A DNA stretch of 64,000 nucleotides from Armatimonadota bacterium. GTDB taxonomy: Bacteria; Armatimonadota; SYMT01. The stretch's first letter is position 1; each line of letters begins with the position of its first letter. Position numbers and translations under genes: made by a program. This document shows, in pieces, positions 34,307 to 43,715 of the stretch. The notes beneath the pieces were generated by a model that saw only the letters and a program-made list of their open reading frames with translations, was not told the DNA's origin and did not search any database. The stretch covers positions 656,342-720,341 of the forward strand of contig JAWLHY010000002.1 in assembly GCA_041690135.1 (NCBI GenBank). Reading direction: 5' to 3'.

Positions 34307-34343
34307 GCACACGCCCGCAGCACCCGCTGCGGGCGTGTGCTTT
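34307..34343 (+). terminator. Intrinsic terminator ending the ribosomal superoperon
   Basis: GCACACGCCCGCAGC/GCTGCGGGCGTGTGC followed by TTT. Confidence 0.8.
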
Positions 34344-34513
34344 GTCTGGCGGAAGACTGGAAGTTCGTGGAACTCGGGCCGCAGGCTCGGCCGTCCTTTA
34401 CGTGGCACGTGTTTTCTCTCCCCCATAGAATCTCAACGTAGGAGTAGCGGGACCGGGTGGTGAACAACCCGGCGGACGTCTACCTCTGAGCTGCTTGCGC
34501 GCATACCAACTGG

Positions 34514-35521
34514 ATGGCACTGCTACACCGATTTCTCACCCTTGCCGCGGTCATAGCCGCTCCCGTCGCACCCGCGAAGGCCGATCTGCAAGTGTCGCTG
34601 CAGAATGCGCCCGCAGCCTCGGCTACCGCTGCGAGCGCTCGTACCGGCAAGAAAGTAGGCGGTAAGTCGGTCGCAATGAGCAAAGGGAGGCCGGTCGGGA
34701 AGGCGCCCGCGGTTCAGCGGGGAAGTCTGGCTTCGCGCTCGATGCCGCAGCAGGTGGGAGTGATGCGCCGGGGTGGGCCGCCGGTATTGCCGCCCATTGG
34801 TTCCACGTCGCTTGTGCCCGAGAGTGCACAGGCCGAGGCGGTGGAGACCTCTCCGGTGGCGGTGGATGCGCGCCTCGGGCGCATGATCGCTTATTCCACG
34901 GACGTCTACCGGCTTCCGGATCCTCGTTCCCAGTGGGTGGGCCGTCTGATGCAGGGGCAGCAGGTGGCGATTGTAAGCCAATGGGAAGGGTGGTACGCGG
35001 TGGTCATGGGGAACGGGAGCCAGGCGTACGTCCCGATGACTTCGGTGGAAGTGCTTCCCTATCAGGTGAAGTCGGTTACGCCAGTCGCTCCTAAACCGGC
35101 GCCCACGCCCACTGCCGGCGTGACGCAGATGGGCGGGGGGACGACGGCGGCCGCGGGTAACTTCGCGCGGGCGCTGATCCAGGAGGCGTTCAAGTACGAG
35201 GGGATGCCTTACGTCTACGGCGGCAACGGCGACGGCGGAATCGATTGCTCGGGCCTCGTAAAGAATTGCTACCGTTCGATAGGCCTGAATCTTCCCCGGC
35301 GGGCGAGCGAGCAGGCGCAGGTAGGTCAAGCGGTGCGCCTGGATCAACTCCAACCTGGTGACCGCCTGTATTTCTCGGTGAAGCGCCAGTTCGATCATAC
35401 CGGGATCTATCTTGGCAACGGTTACTTCATCCATGCCTCCGGCTCTCGCAAAAAGGTTACCGTCGATCACCTATCCACCGCGCTGTATGGGAAGAATCTG
35501 GAAAGCGCCCGCCGCTTCTAG
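34514..35521 (+). CDS. Secreted SH3 + NlpC/P60 (C40) peptidoglycan peptidase
   Basis: Signal peptide; SH3b-like middle domain; GMPYVYGG, DCSG, PGD, HTGIY, FIHAS. Confidence 0.92.
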   Translation: MALLHRFLTLAAVIAAPVAPAKADLQVSLQNAPAASATAASARTGKKVGGKSVAMSKGRPVGKAPAVQRGSLASRSMPQQVGVMRRGGPPVLPPIGSTSLVPESAQAEAVETSPVAVDARLGRMIAYSTDVYRLPDPRSQWVGRLMQGQQVAIVSQWEGWYAVVMGNGSQAYVPMTSVEVLPYQVKSVTPVAPKPAPTPTAGVTQMGGGTTAAAGNFARALIQEAFKYEGMPYVYGGNGDGGIDCSGLVKNCYRSIGLNLPRRASEQAQVGQAVRLDQLQPGDRLYFSVKRQFDHTGIYLGNGYFIHASGSRKKVTVDHLSTALYGKNLESARRF

Positions 35522-35536
35522 TGATAGACTAGTTCC

Positions 35537-36577
35537 ATGACGCGCATTGGTATCATCGGAGCCCGCGGTTTCGCCGGCGGGGAGCTTCTCCGCCTGTGCC
35601 TGGGGCATCCCCACTTTGAGGTCACGTACGTTACTTCCGAGTCACAGGAAGGGGCGGCGGTGACCGAGAGCTTTCCTGGACTTCTCGGCGCCACGGAGTT
35701 GCGCTATTCCGCCTTCGACGAGGAGCAGGCAGTCGCGGCCGCGGATGCATTCTTTTTCGCGCTCCCCGACGGCCAGGCCATGGCCCGGGCCGAGGCGCTC
35801 TTGAATGCCGGTAAGAAGGTCGTGGATGTCTCCGGCGATTTCCGCGTGAGCGATCGCGAGAATTACGAGCGGTGGTACGGGCGGACGCACCTTTCGCCTC
35901 ACTTGCTGGAGAAGGCCGCGTACGGGCTGCCGGAGATCCGCACCGATGTCCGGGAAGCAAGTCTAATTGCCAATCCGGGGTGTTACCCGTCCGCCATACT
36001 TCTCGCCGTGGCTCCGCTGTTCGCGGCCGGGCTGGCGGAGACGGATAGCCTGATAGCGGATGCAAAGAGTGGGGTGTCGGGAGCGGGCGGTCGGTCGGCT
36101 CTCGATCCGGCTTACTCCTTTGCGGCGATTACGGACAACTTCCGGGCGTACAGCGTCACGGGGCACCGGCATATCGCCGAGATGGAGCAGGAGTTGTCGC
36201 GGCTGGCAGGGGCCGAGGTCTCGATGCTGTTTACTCCGCACCTGTTGCCGCTGATGCGGGGGATCCTCGCCACCTGTTATGTGCGGTTGAAGGAGAAGAC
36301 CACCGCCGCGGAGTTGACGGCCCGCTACCGCGACTTCTACCGCGGTGCGCCCTTCGTGCACATGCTAGAGCAAACGCTGCCGGAGCTGAGATACGTGCAG
36401 GGTTCCAACGCCTGCCACATCGGCGTCCGGTTCGACGAGCGGACGCAGCGCGCCGTCTGCGTCAGCGCGATCGACAATCTGGTCAAGGGGGCAGCCGGCT
36501 CCGCGGTGCAGAACATGAACCTGATCTGCGGTTACGAGGAAACCGCGGGTCTCCGCGGTCCTGCTTTTGGTCCCTAA
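35537..36577 (+). CDS. argC: N-acetyl-gamma-glutamyl-phosphate reductase
   Basis: GARGFAG, ANPGCY, SGVSGAG, DNLVKGAAG. Confidence 0.97.
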   Translation: MTRIGIIGARGFAGGELLRLCLGHPHFEVTYVTSESQEGAAVTESFPGLLGATELRYSAFDEEQAVAAADAFFFALPDGQAMARAEALLNAGKKVVDVSGDFRVSDRENYERWYGRTHLSPHLLEKAAYGLPEIRTDVREASLIANPGCYPSAILLAVAPLFAAGLAETDSLIADAKSGVSGAGGRSALDPAYSFAAITDNFRAYSVTGHRHIAEMEQELSRLAGAEVSMLFTPHLLPLMRGILATCYVRLKEKTTAAELTARYRDFYRGAPFVHMLEQTLPELRYVQGSNACHIGVRFDERTQRAVCVSAIDNLVKGAAGSAVQNMNLICGYEETAGLRGPAFGP

Positions 36578-36741
36578 CGGGCGCAGGATCTCCAGCAGTT
36601 TAGCCGCTGCGCTCCTCGAGGTTACCCCGACGCAGCGATAGGGAAAGGCTCGCTTCCGAACCCCGGCGGCGCCTGGCCGCGAGTGAGGTGCGGTACGAAC
36701 CCTTCCCTTTCGCTCGGGTCTATCGATAAGCCGGGTGAGCT

Positions 36742-36936
36742 TTACTCTTCCGTTTGTTGAGCGCGCTTGCCCTGCTCGATGAGCTGCTTGACCTTCTGGC
36801 CGCCCTTACGCCCGATTTCTTCGTAGAATTGGGGCCCATGGCGCTGTGCCGTTACTTCACCGCCCTTGCGGCCGGCTTCTCGAACGGTCATGCCTCCGGA
36901 TCGCTTGGTAGTGTCCTTCTGTTTCTTCTCTGCCAT
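36742..36936 (-). CDS. Small KGG-repeat general stress protein
   Basis: MTVREAGRKGG...FYEEIGRKGG; AGGAGG RBS. Confidence 0.88.
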   Translation of the reverse strand: MAEKKQKDTTKRSGGMTVREAGRKGGEVTAQRHGPQFYEEIGRKGGQKVKQLIEQGKRAQQTEE

Positions 36937-37117
36937 TCGTGTCCTCCTGAATTCTCCGCGGTCCTTTTCCGCCGGACGGGCAGCCTCACCGCACCGACCC
37001 GGACGCAAAGCGCCCCAGGAAAAGGTTTCCCCCGAACCCAGGCTCGTCTGCGTTCGCTCGGTCTATACCCCTTCAAGTCGAATAACGAAACCGACCGGAC
37101 ACAAACAGGCGTAGCGG

Positions 37118-37146
37118 TTGACCCTCTGGCGTGAGATAGCTATAAT
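37118..37146 (+). promoter_or_regulatory. Sigma70-type promoter for argJ-argB
   Basis: TTGACC, 17 nt spacer, TATAAT. Confidence 0.8.
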
Positions 37147-37225
37147 CTCGACTAGGCCCCGGCACTGCAGTAGTGCGGGGGTGTTTTTGCTTCGGGTCCA
37201 GTAGCGTAAGGAGACGCGTCTCGTT

Positions 37226-38434
37226 ATGGCCCAGGTTACCCCGCTTTCCGGTTCGGTATGCGCACCCCAGGGATTTCGGGCCTCCGGCGTGGCTGCCGGC
37301 ATCAAGCCTTCCGGAAACCCCGACGTGGCCCTGATCGTTTCGGATGTTCCGTGCAACGCGGCCGCGGTGTTCACGACAAACCGCGTATGTGCCGCTCCGG
37401 TCCTCGTAAGCCGCGAGCATCTGGAAGACGGCCGCGCGCGCGCCATCGTGGTGAATGCCGGCAACGCGAACGCATGCACCGGCGAGCAGGGGATGCGGGA
37501 TGCGCGCCGGATGGCGGAACTGACGGCCGGGGCGGTGGGGGTGGACCCTCGGGAAGTGATTGTGTGCTCCACGGGGGTGATCGGGCGCCCGATGCCGATG
37601 GCGCACCTGGAGATCGGCATCGCCCGAGCCGCGGCAGAGTTGTCTCCCCATGGCGACGCACAGGCTGCCCGGGCGATCATCACCACCGATACGCGGCCGA
37701 AGGAATGCGCGGTGGAGGTCCGGATCGAGGATCGCATCGTCCGGATCGGCGGGATGTGCAAGGGCAGCGGGATGATCGCTCCGAACATGGCGACCATGCT
37801 GGCCTTCCTGACCACCGACGCGGAGATCTGGCCGGAGGTGCTGCGGCCGGCCCTGGTCGCGGCTACGGAGCGGACCTTCAACTGCGTAACGGTGGACGGC
37901 GATTGCTCCACGAATGACACGCTGGCTATCCTGGCGAATGGGCGCTCCGGGGTGCGGATCACCCCCGGCACTCCCGCTCATCGCGCTTTCTGTGACGGTC
38001 TCCTGGAAGTCTGCACCGAACTGGCGAAGGAACTGGCTCGCGATGGAGAAGGGGCGACGAAACTGGTCACCGTGGAGGTCCGGGGGGCGCGTTCGGCGGC
38101 GCAGGCCCGGCAAATAGCGAAGACCATCGCCAACTCCCCCTTGGTCAAGACCGCCCTTTTTGGCAACGATCCGAACTGGGGCCGCATCCTCTGCGCGGCC
38201 GGCTACAGCGGGGTGCCCCTCGACCCCGCCAGGCTGGCTTTGTCCGTGGGCGGTATCCCCCTGGTCGAGAGCGGCGAGCCGATCCCGTTTGACGAAGCCA
38301 CCGCTAGCGCGGCCATGAAGGTCTCGGAGTTACCGATCGTCCTCGATCTGAACCTCGGGAAGCACGACGCCACGGTTTACACCTGCGACTTCAGTTACGA
38401 CTACGTACGCATCAATGCGGAATACACGACCTGA
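37226..38434 (+). CDS. argJ: Ornithine acetyltransferase ArgJ
   Basis: GNANACTG, KGSGMIAPNMATML, STNDT, RDGEGATK. Confidence 0.98.
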   Translation: MAQVTPLSGSVCAPQGFRASGVAAGIKPSGNPDVALIVSDVPCNAAAVFTTNRVCAAPVLVSREHLEDGRARAIVVNAGNANACTGEQGMRDARRMAELTAGAVGVDPREVIVCSTGVIGRPMPMAHLEIGIARAAAELSPHGDAQAARAIITTDTRPKECAVEVRIEDRIVRIGGMCKGSGMIAPNMATMLAFLTTDAEIWPEVLRPALVAATERTFNCVTVDGDCSTNDTLAILANGRSGVRITPGTPAHRAFCDGLLEVCTELAKELARDGEGATKLVTVEVRGARSAAQARQIAKTIANSPLVKTALFGNDPNWGRILCAAGYSGVPLDPARLALSVGGIPLVESGEPIPFDEATASAAMKVSELPIVLDLNLGKHDATVYTCDFSYDYVRINAEYTT

Positions 38435-38438
38435 TCCC

Positions 38439-39299
38439 ATGAACCACTCCGAAAGGGCCCAGATTCTGATAGAGGCACTGCCGTATTTGCGGAAGTGGCA
38501 TGGCAAAACCGTCGTCGTGAAGTACGGCGGCGCGGCCATGACCGACGAGGCGCTGAAGCACCAGGTAATGCAGGACGTGGTCCTCATGCATTACGTGGGC
38601 ATCAACCCGATCCTGATCCACGGCGGTGGCCCGGAGGTCTCCGACGCGATGAAGCGGGTGGGTAAGGAGCCGGTCTTCGTCCGCGGTTTGCGCGTCACGG
38701 ACGCGGAGACGGTGGAGATCGCCGAGATGGTGCTGGCGGGCAAGACGAACAAGGGCATCGTCTCCCTCATCCACCAGCATGGCGGCCGGGCCGTGGGGCT
38801 CTCCGGCAAGGACGGGTACCTCTTCGTGGCGCGTAAGATGGAGATGGAAGGGGCCGACCTCGGCTTTGTGGGCGAAGTCGAGCAGGTGAACACCCACGTC
38901 ATCACCACCCTCGTGGCCGGCGGCTATATCCCGGTGATCTGCAGCGTGGCGGTAGGTGCGAACGGCGAAACGTTCAATATCAACGCGGACCACGTCGCCG
39001 GCCGCCTCGCCGCCGAGTTGAAGGCCGAGAAGTTGATCCTCCTGACCGACGTGCGCGGCATCCTGGAGGATGTGAAGCGTCCCGACTCGCTGCTGTCCCA
39101 GATCGATGCCGCCCGCGCTCGCGACCTGATTGCCACCGGCAAAGTGGACCGCGGCATGATCCCCAAGGTCGAGTCCTGTCTTATGGCGTTAGACGGTGGA
39201 GTGCCGCGTACCCATATCCTGGATGGGCGCGATCCTCACTGCCTCCTCACCGAACTCTTCACGGACTCCGGCGTCGGTACGATGATCACCTCGAACTAA
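38439..39299 (+). CDS. argB: Acetylglutamate kinase
   Basis: VKYGG, HGGGP, NINAD, GMIPK. Confidence 0.98.
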   Translation: MNHSERAQILIEALPYLRKWHGKTVVVKYGGAAMTDEALKHQVMQDVVLMHYVGINPILIHGGGPEVSDAMKRVGKEPVFVRGLRVTDAETVEIAEMVLAGKTNKGIVSLIHQHGGRAVGLSGKDGYLFVARKMEMEGADLGFVGEVEQVNTHVITTLVAGGYIPVICSVAVGANGETFNINADHVAGRLAAELKAEKLILLTDVRGILEDVKRPDSLLSQIDAARARDLIATGKVDRGMIPKVESCLMALDGGVPRTHILDGRDPHCLLTELFTDSGVGTMITSN

Positions 39300-39418
39300 A
39301 GGGCATAGACGGGCAATTACCCGGTAGAAATCCCGCTACTATCCTGAGCTCCCTGGCGTCTAACAGAGGATCGAATCTCCTTTTGACCTCGATCGGACGT
39401 TTCTCGCAGGAGGGCGAT

Positions 39419-40366
39419 ATGCGCTGGATAGCACTGCTGGCGGTGTGCTGTGCCTGGGTTGGTTTCGTGCCGCAGAGGCGAGCCGTGGCCCAAACCGGCC
39501 AGGTAGTTTCCCTGAATTCCGAATTGCAGTTGGCAAGCCTGGCCCGGCTCTTGAGCCGGAGTACCGGCGAAACCTACGAAGTAGACCCGGCACTGCGGCA
39601 GCACCGCGGAAAAGTCAGTCTTTCCCGGGTAGCCCAAGAGGAGGTGCCGCAGCAACTCCGGAAGCAGTTGGCTCCCCAGATTCCGGGTGTGGTCGTGGAA
39701 CGGCGCGGGGAAGCCTGGGTGATTGCGTTGGAGAAAGGCGTGCCGGTTCCGCCGATCCTCGCGCCTAACGCCTCACCGTTGGGGCGAGTGACCACCGTGC
39801 TGGGGGGAGTACCCCTGCGCAAAGCGTATCGTCTCCTCTTCGAAGAGGCCCCCGGTGTACGGAAGGCCAGTCCCTTCACCGTGAGCGTGGATGAGAACGT
39901 GCCGGACATCCCGGTCTCTCTCGTCCATTCCGCCAACGATGAGACGCTGCTCATCAGACTGCTCACCCGAATGGCAGCCTCCTCGCAGCGAGATCTTCGC
40001 ATGGTGCGGACCGATGACCAGTTCAAGATCGGCATTCGGCCGGATGTTCGGGACGAGTTTGGTCTCTTCCCCCCGGTCGTTGCGCCGCAGAACCCGCGTG
40101 ACCGGCGCATAGTCAGCGCGTTCGAACGCTTTCCGCTGCGCGATGCGATCCGGATGGTTGCCTCCAGAACCGCCACTCCTTCCGGACGGGAGCGCGGGTT
40201 CGAAGTGGATGAGAAGGTGGCGAACACGCCGGTCACATTCAAGCTGATCACGCACGACCCGAACGTCCTGCTGCGGTCCTTCCTGGCGGAAGCCCGGAAG
40301 CAGATCAGGGGGCTTTCGTCGGAAGTCACCGATGAGAAGGTGATTCTGAAGTACACGGAACCCTAG
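39419..40366 (+). CDS. Secreted hypothetical protein with three STN-like repeats
   Basis: Signal peptide; repeated (P)LRxAxxLL...(F/Y)xVDxxV..PV(S/T)(L/F) unit. Confidence 0.7.
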   Translation: MRWIALLAVCCAWVGFVPQRRAVAQTGQVVSLNSELQLASLARLLSRSTGETYEVDPALRQHRGKVSLSRVAQEEVPQQLRKQLAPQIPGVVVERRGEAWVIALEKGVPVPPILAPNASPLGRVTTVLGGVPLRKAYRLLFEEAPGVRKASPFTVSVDENVPDIPVSLVHSANDETLLIRLLTRMAASSQRDLRMVRTDDQFKIGIRPDVRDEFGLFPPVVAPQNPRDRRIVSAFERFPLRDAIRMVASRTATPSGRERGFEVDEKVANTPVTFKLITHDPNVLLRSFLAEARKQIRGLSSEVTDEKVILKYTEP

Positions 40367-41814
40367 CCCGCAGCGAGATACCGGCTCAGGGTTTCCACGT
40401 TCCGGGCGAAAGTGGCGCTGTCGAGGATCCGGCGGGTGGGGTCGTCTGGGCCGTGGGCCTTGAGCCGGCCCTCCTCCACCCAGCGCCCTCGTTCGTCCTG
40501 GGCGGCGATCACTTTCCGGACCTCCGCGGCCAGGCGGGGGTCCGGCTTTGCTTTCTTGAGCAAGGGTGGGGGAACCTGGCGCCCTTCACCTTGCGGGGCC
40601 TGGCGCTTCTGTCGCTCGTAACTGCGGGCGATGGTTTCCGTATCATCGCCGACCTTAAAGCCGTAGTGGGTCGGCAGGTCGGCGTCGCTGTAGGTCAGGA
40701 CGTACTCCCGGGTGAAGTAGAGCGGCTTGTTGGTCCGCAGCTCATAGAAGCGGGCCAGGCGTCCGTCCGGAAGCCGGGAGCGCCGCAGGTACTCCAGGGC
40801 GGAGGGAATAGGCTCGAGGTACTTTGCGTCGCCCAGCTCCCGGGCGAGATAGATCAGGGTCCGCAGCAGGCTCTGTGACTCTCCGCCGGTGACTGCTGGC
40901 GGCTCGAACTTGCGCGCCCAGGCCGGCTGCATGTTCTGATCGTACTGTTGGGCCCACGCGGGCTGCGGATCGGGCATTCGCGCGAGCAGGATGAACTCGC
41001 CCGCCTTCTCCACCGCCTTCCGGTACGCCGGTGTGCGATAGGTGTACCACGCCAGCAGCAGGGTCTCGATCAGGCGGTCGACGTTCCGATCGTTGAACGT
41101 ATAGTAGCCCCGGTAGTCGGTACCGGGATACTTTCGGGACCAGACGTCCGGATAGGATGCCGCCTTCATCGGAACGGCCTCGGGAAAGACTTCATAGCGC
41201 TGGGGCCAGGCGCCATGGGTGTATTGGGACTTCAGCAGCGCGTCCAGTCCGTTCAGCGTCACCCGATGGATGCGGTCGTCGCTTTGCTTCAAGATCGTGT
41301 CAAGCCGGATCAGGAAGCGTAGGGCGGCCTGGGTGGTGTCGTCGTCGTAGGTGGTGACGTTCTTGCCCCGGGGATCGCCGCCGGCCCGGTAGGCGTACCG
41401 GTTTCTATCCAGGCCGAACTCGATGCGGTAGTCCCACCCGCCACTTCGGAGCTGGCCCTCCGCCAGGGCCTGGCCGGTGGTCTTCGCGGCTTCCAGATAG
41501 TAGAGGTCTCCGGTGGCCTCGTAGGCCCGCAGGAACGCGGTTCCCACCGTGGGCGTGCCGGGCGGCTGAACCCAGGCGGTGGTGGGGCCGACGCGACTTT
41601 CTCCCTCGCGGCGGGACAGGTCTTCGCTGTAGCGCCAGACATAGCCGCCCTTCACCCCGACCTGCGTGTGAAAGAACTCCACGCCGCGGCGGAGGGCCCT
41701 CTCTGCCGCCTGGCGGAGCTCCGGGTCGGCGGCGGCCCGGGTGCGGGTGTTCAGGGCTCCCAGCGCGGATACGCCAGCGCCCAGCAATGCTCGTCGATCG
41801 AAGCGGCCGCTCAT
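40363..41814 (-). CDS. Pectate lyase family 10-like protein, Tat-exported
   Basis: DRRALL twin-arginine signal; TTYDD, GAWPQ, TFND, WAQQYD..QPAWARKFEP. Confidence 0.8.
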   Translation of the reverse strand: MSGRFDRRALLGAGVSALGALNTRTRAAADPELRQAAERALRRGVEFFHTQVGVKGGYVWRYSEDLSRREGESRVGPTTAWVQPPGTPTVGTAFLRAYEATGDLYYLEAAKTTGQALAEGQLRSGGWDYRIEFGLDRNRYAYRAGGDPRGKNVTTYDDDTTQAALRFLIRLDTILKQSDDRIHRVTLNGLDALLKSQYTHGAWPQRYEVFPEAVPMKAASYPDVWSRKYPGTDYRGYYTFNDRNVDRLIETLLLAWYTYRTPAYRKAVEKAGEFILLARMPDPQPAWAQQYDQNMQPAWARKFEPPAVTGGESQSLLRTLIYLARELGDAKYLEPIPSALEYLRRSRLPDGRLARFYELRTNKPLYFTREYVLTYSDADLPTHYGFKVGDDTETIARSYERQKRQAPQGEGRQVPPPLLKKAKPDPRLAAEVRKVIAAQDERGRWVEEGRLKAHGPDDPTRRILDSATFARNVETLSRYLAAG

Positions 41815-42014
41815 GGTCTGCCCCCAATGATCTGGATAAATCGTGATCGTGATCGTTCATTCCGGCGGGCGAGACGCCAGCGCCACTCACCCGACGTGAT
41901 CGAGATCGATCTCTGGCGGGCGAGGCGCCCGCGCCACTCCGCCCCCGCCTTCTCACAGTTGTGACGTAATCGGCCTCTGGCGGGCGGGACGCCCGCGCTC
42001 CGACCACTCACGCA

Positions 42015-43583
42015 TTACTTCCGGTACTCGATGAAGGAGAGACGTCCGCTTGCGACGGCGGCCGTCACGGCTTCGCCCAGTTCGGCAGGCTCGGTGACGC
42101 AGCGGGAGGGAATACCATAGGATGCGGCCAGAGCCGTGAAATCCGGGTTCACCAGGTCGACTTCGCACCGGCGGCCTTCGAAGTCGCGGTCCTGTACCCG
42201 GCGGATGAGCGTGAGACCGGCATCGTTCACGACCACCACCACCAGGGGGATGCCGTGCTGGGCGGCCGTCCCGAGTTCGGCCATCGTCATCTGGAAGCCG
42301 CCGTCGCCGGCGACCACGCAGACCGGACGATCCGGGCGGGCCAGCCGGGCCCCGATGCCGACCGGGAGCCCGAAGCCCATGCCGACGTAAACGCCGGGGT
42401 AGTAGTAGCCGTGGGGCTCGTAAGAGAACCAGTCCTTCCGGCTCAGGAAGCCGGGAAGGCAGACATCGAAGGAGACCAGCGCCTCCCGGGGAAGGGCTCC
42501 TTGCAGGGCCCCGAGGAGGGGGTCGGGTTTGCGGAAGTCGCTTTGCCGCTTCCATTCCGGGAATTGCGCGTCCCAGCCGCTCCGGTCGCCGGAGTCTGCA
42601 CCCAGAAGGCCGAGGAGCTGCTCCAGGCCTCCCCGGGGATGGCCGACGAGCGCAACCTCGGGCGCGTAGAGCCGCCCTACCTCGCGGGCATCGGCTTCCA
42701 GGTGGACCAATCGCAGGGGTGGGAAGAACCAGGGCCAGCGGGTATCCACCTGGACGAAGCGCACGCCGACCGCGAGGAGGAGGTCGTGCTCGCCGTAAGC
42801 TGCGGATCCCGGCGCGGAGTTGCTGTCTCCCAGCGCCCACGGGTGGTCCTCCGGCAGAGCGCCTTTCCCAAGCACGGTGGTCACCACCGGCGCGCGCAGG
42901 AGCGAGGCCAGTTCGCCCAGCGCCTGGGAGGCCCCCGCGTGGAGCACACCGTCTCCGGCCAGGATCAGGGGTCGTCGCGCAGAGCGCAGGGCGGCGGCAG
43001 CTCGTTGCAGCGCGGTGGGGTCGGGCATCCTTTCCGGAGCAGTGATGTGGTCGGGCAGTTCCGGCTCGCCGGCTTCCGCTCCGAAGACGTCCGCCGGTAT
43101 CTCCACCTGCACGGGGCCCGGGCGGTCGCGGCGCAGGTGATGGAAGGCTTCCGTGAGAACCGCGGGAAGCTCATGCACGTCGTGGACGGCGGCGCTCCAC
43201 TTGGTGATGGGCGCAAAGAGGCGCTGCTGGTCCAGCCCGTGGAACAGGTCCCGGCGGAACTCCCCTCGCCACTGCGTCTCGGATTGGGACGACAGCAGAA
43301 GGAGGCGCGAGCAGTCGGTATAGGCTCCCGCGACGGCACTGGCGGCATGGGTCGCCCCAGGGCCCGGGACGGTAAAGGCTACCCCGACGTCGTTGCTCGC
43401 CCGCGCGTAGCCGTCCGCCATCCAGGCGCCCCCGAGTTCGTGCCGCACCAGGATGTGCCGGAAGTCTCCTTCACGGGCGTGCAGCGCGTCGTACAGGTGC
43501 GCGTTCAGGGCCCCCGGAATCCCGAACCCCACCTTCACCCCCTGGCGCTCCAGGAAGCGCAGCACGATCTCCCCACCCGTCAT
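42015..43583 (-). CDS. Thiamine-diphosphate-dependent enzyme (acetolactate synthase-like)
   Basis: FGIPG, RHE, MADGYAR, GPG, GDGGF...ND. Confidence 0.93.
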   Translation of the reverse strand: MTGGEIVLRFLERQGVKVGFGIPGALNAHLYDALHAREGDFRHILVRHELGGAWMADGYARASNDVGVAFTVPGPGATHAASAVAGAYTDCSRLLLLSSQSETQWRGEFRRDLFHGLDQQRLFAPITKWSAAVHDVHELPAVLTEAFHHLRRDRPGPVQVEIPADVFGAEAGEPELPDHITAPERMPDPTALQRAAAALRSARRPLILAGDGVLHAGASQALGELASLLRAPVVTTVLGKGALPEDHPWALGDSNSAPGSAAYGEHDLLLAVGVRFVQVDTRWPWFFPPLRLVHLEADAREVGRLYAPEVALVGHPRGGLEQLLGLLGADSGDRSGWDAQFPEWKRQSDFRKPDPLLGALQGALPREALVSFDVCLPGFLSRKDWFSYEPHGYYYPGVYVGMGFGLPVGIGARLARPDRPVCVVAGDGGFQMTMAELGTAAQHGIPLVVVVVNDAGLTLIRRVQDRDFEGRRCEVDLVNPDFTALAASYGIPSRCVTEPAELGEAVTAAVASGRLSFIEYRK

Positions 43584-43715
43584 TCAGCCATTCCTTTCGC
43601 CTCTGTGCCTACTCAAGGGCTTCTGGATCCAAAGGTCCAGGGGCGTATTGTACACCAGAGTGGCCAGCACCCCAAAGGTACTGGCCACTGAAGCAACGTG
43701 CGTGCGGTGGAAACT

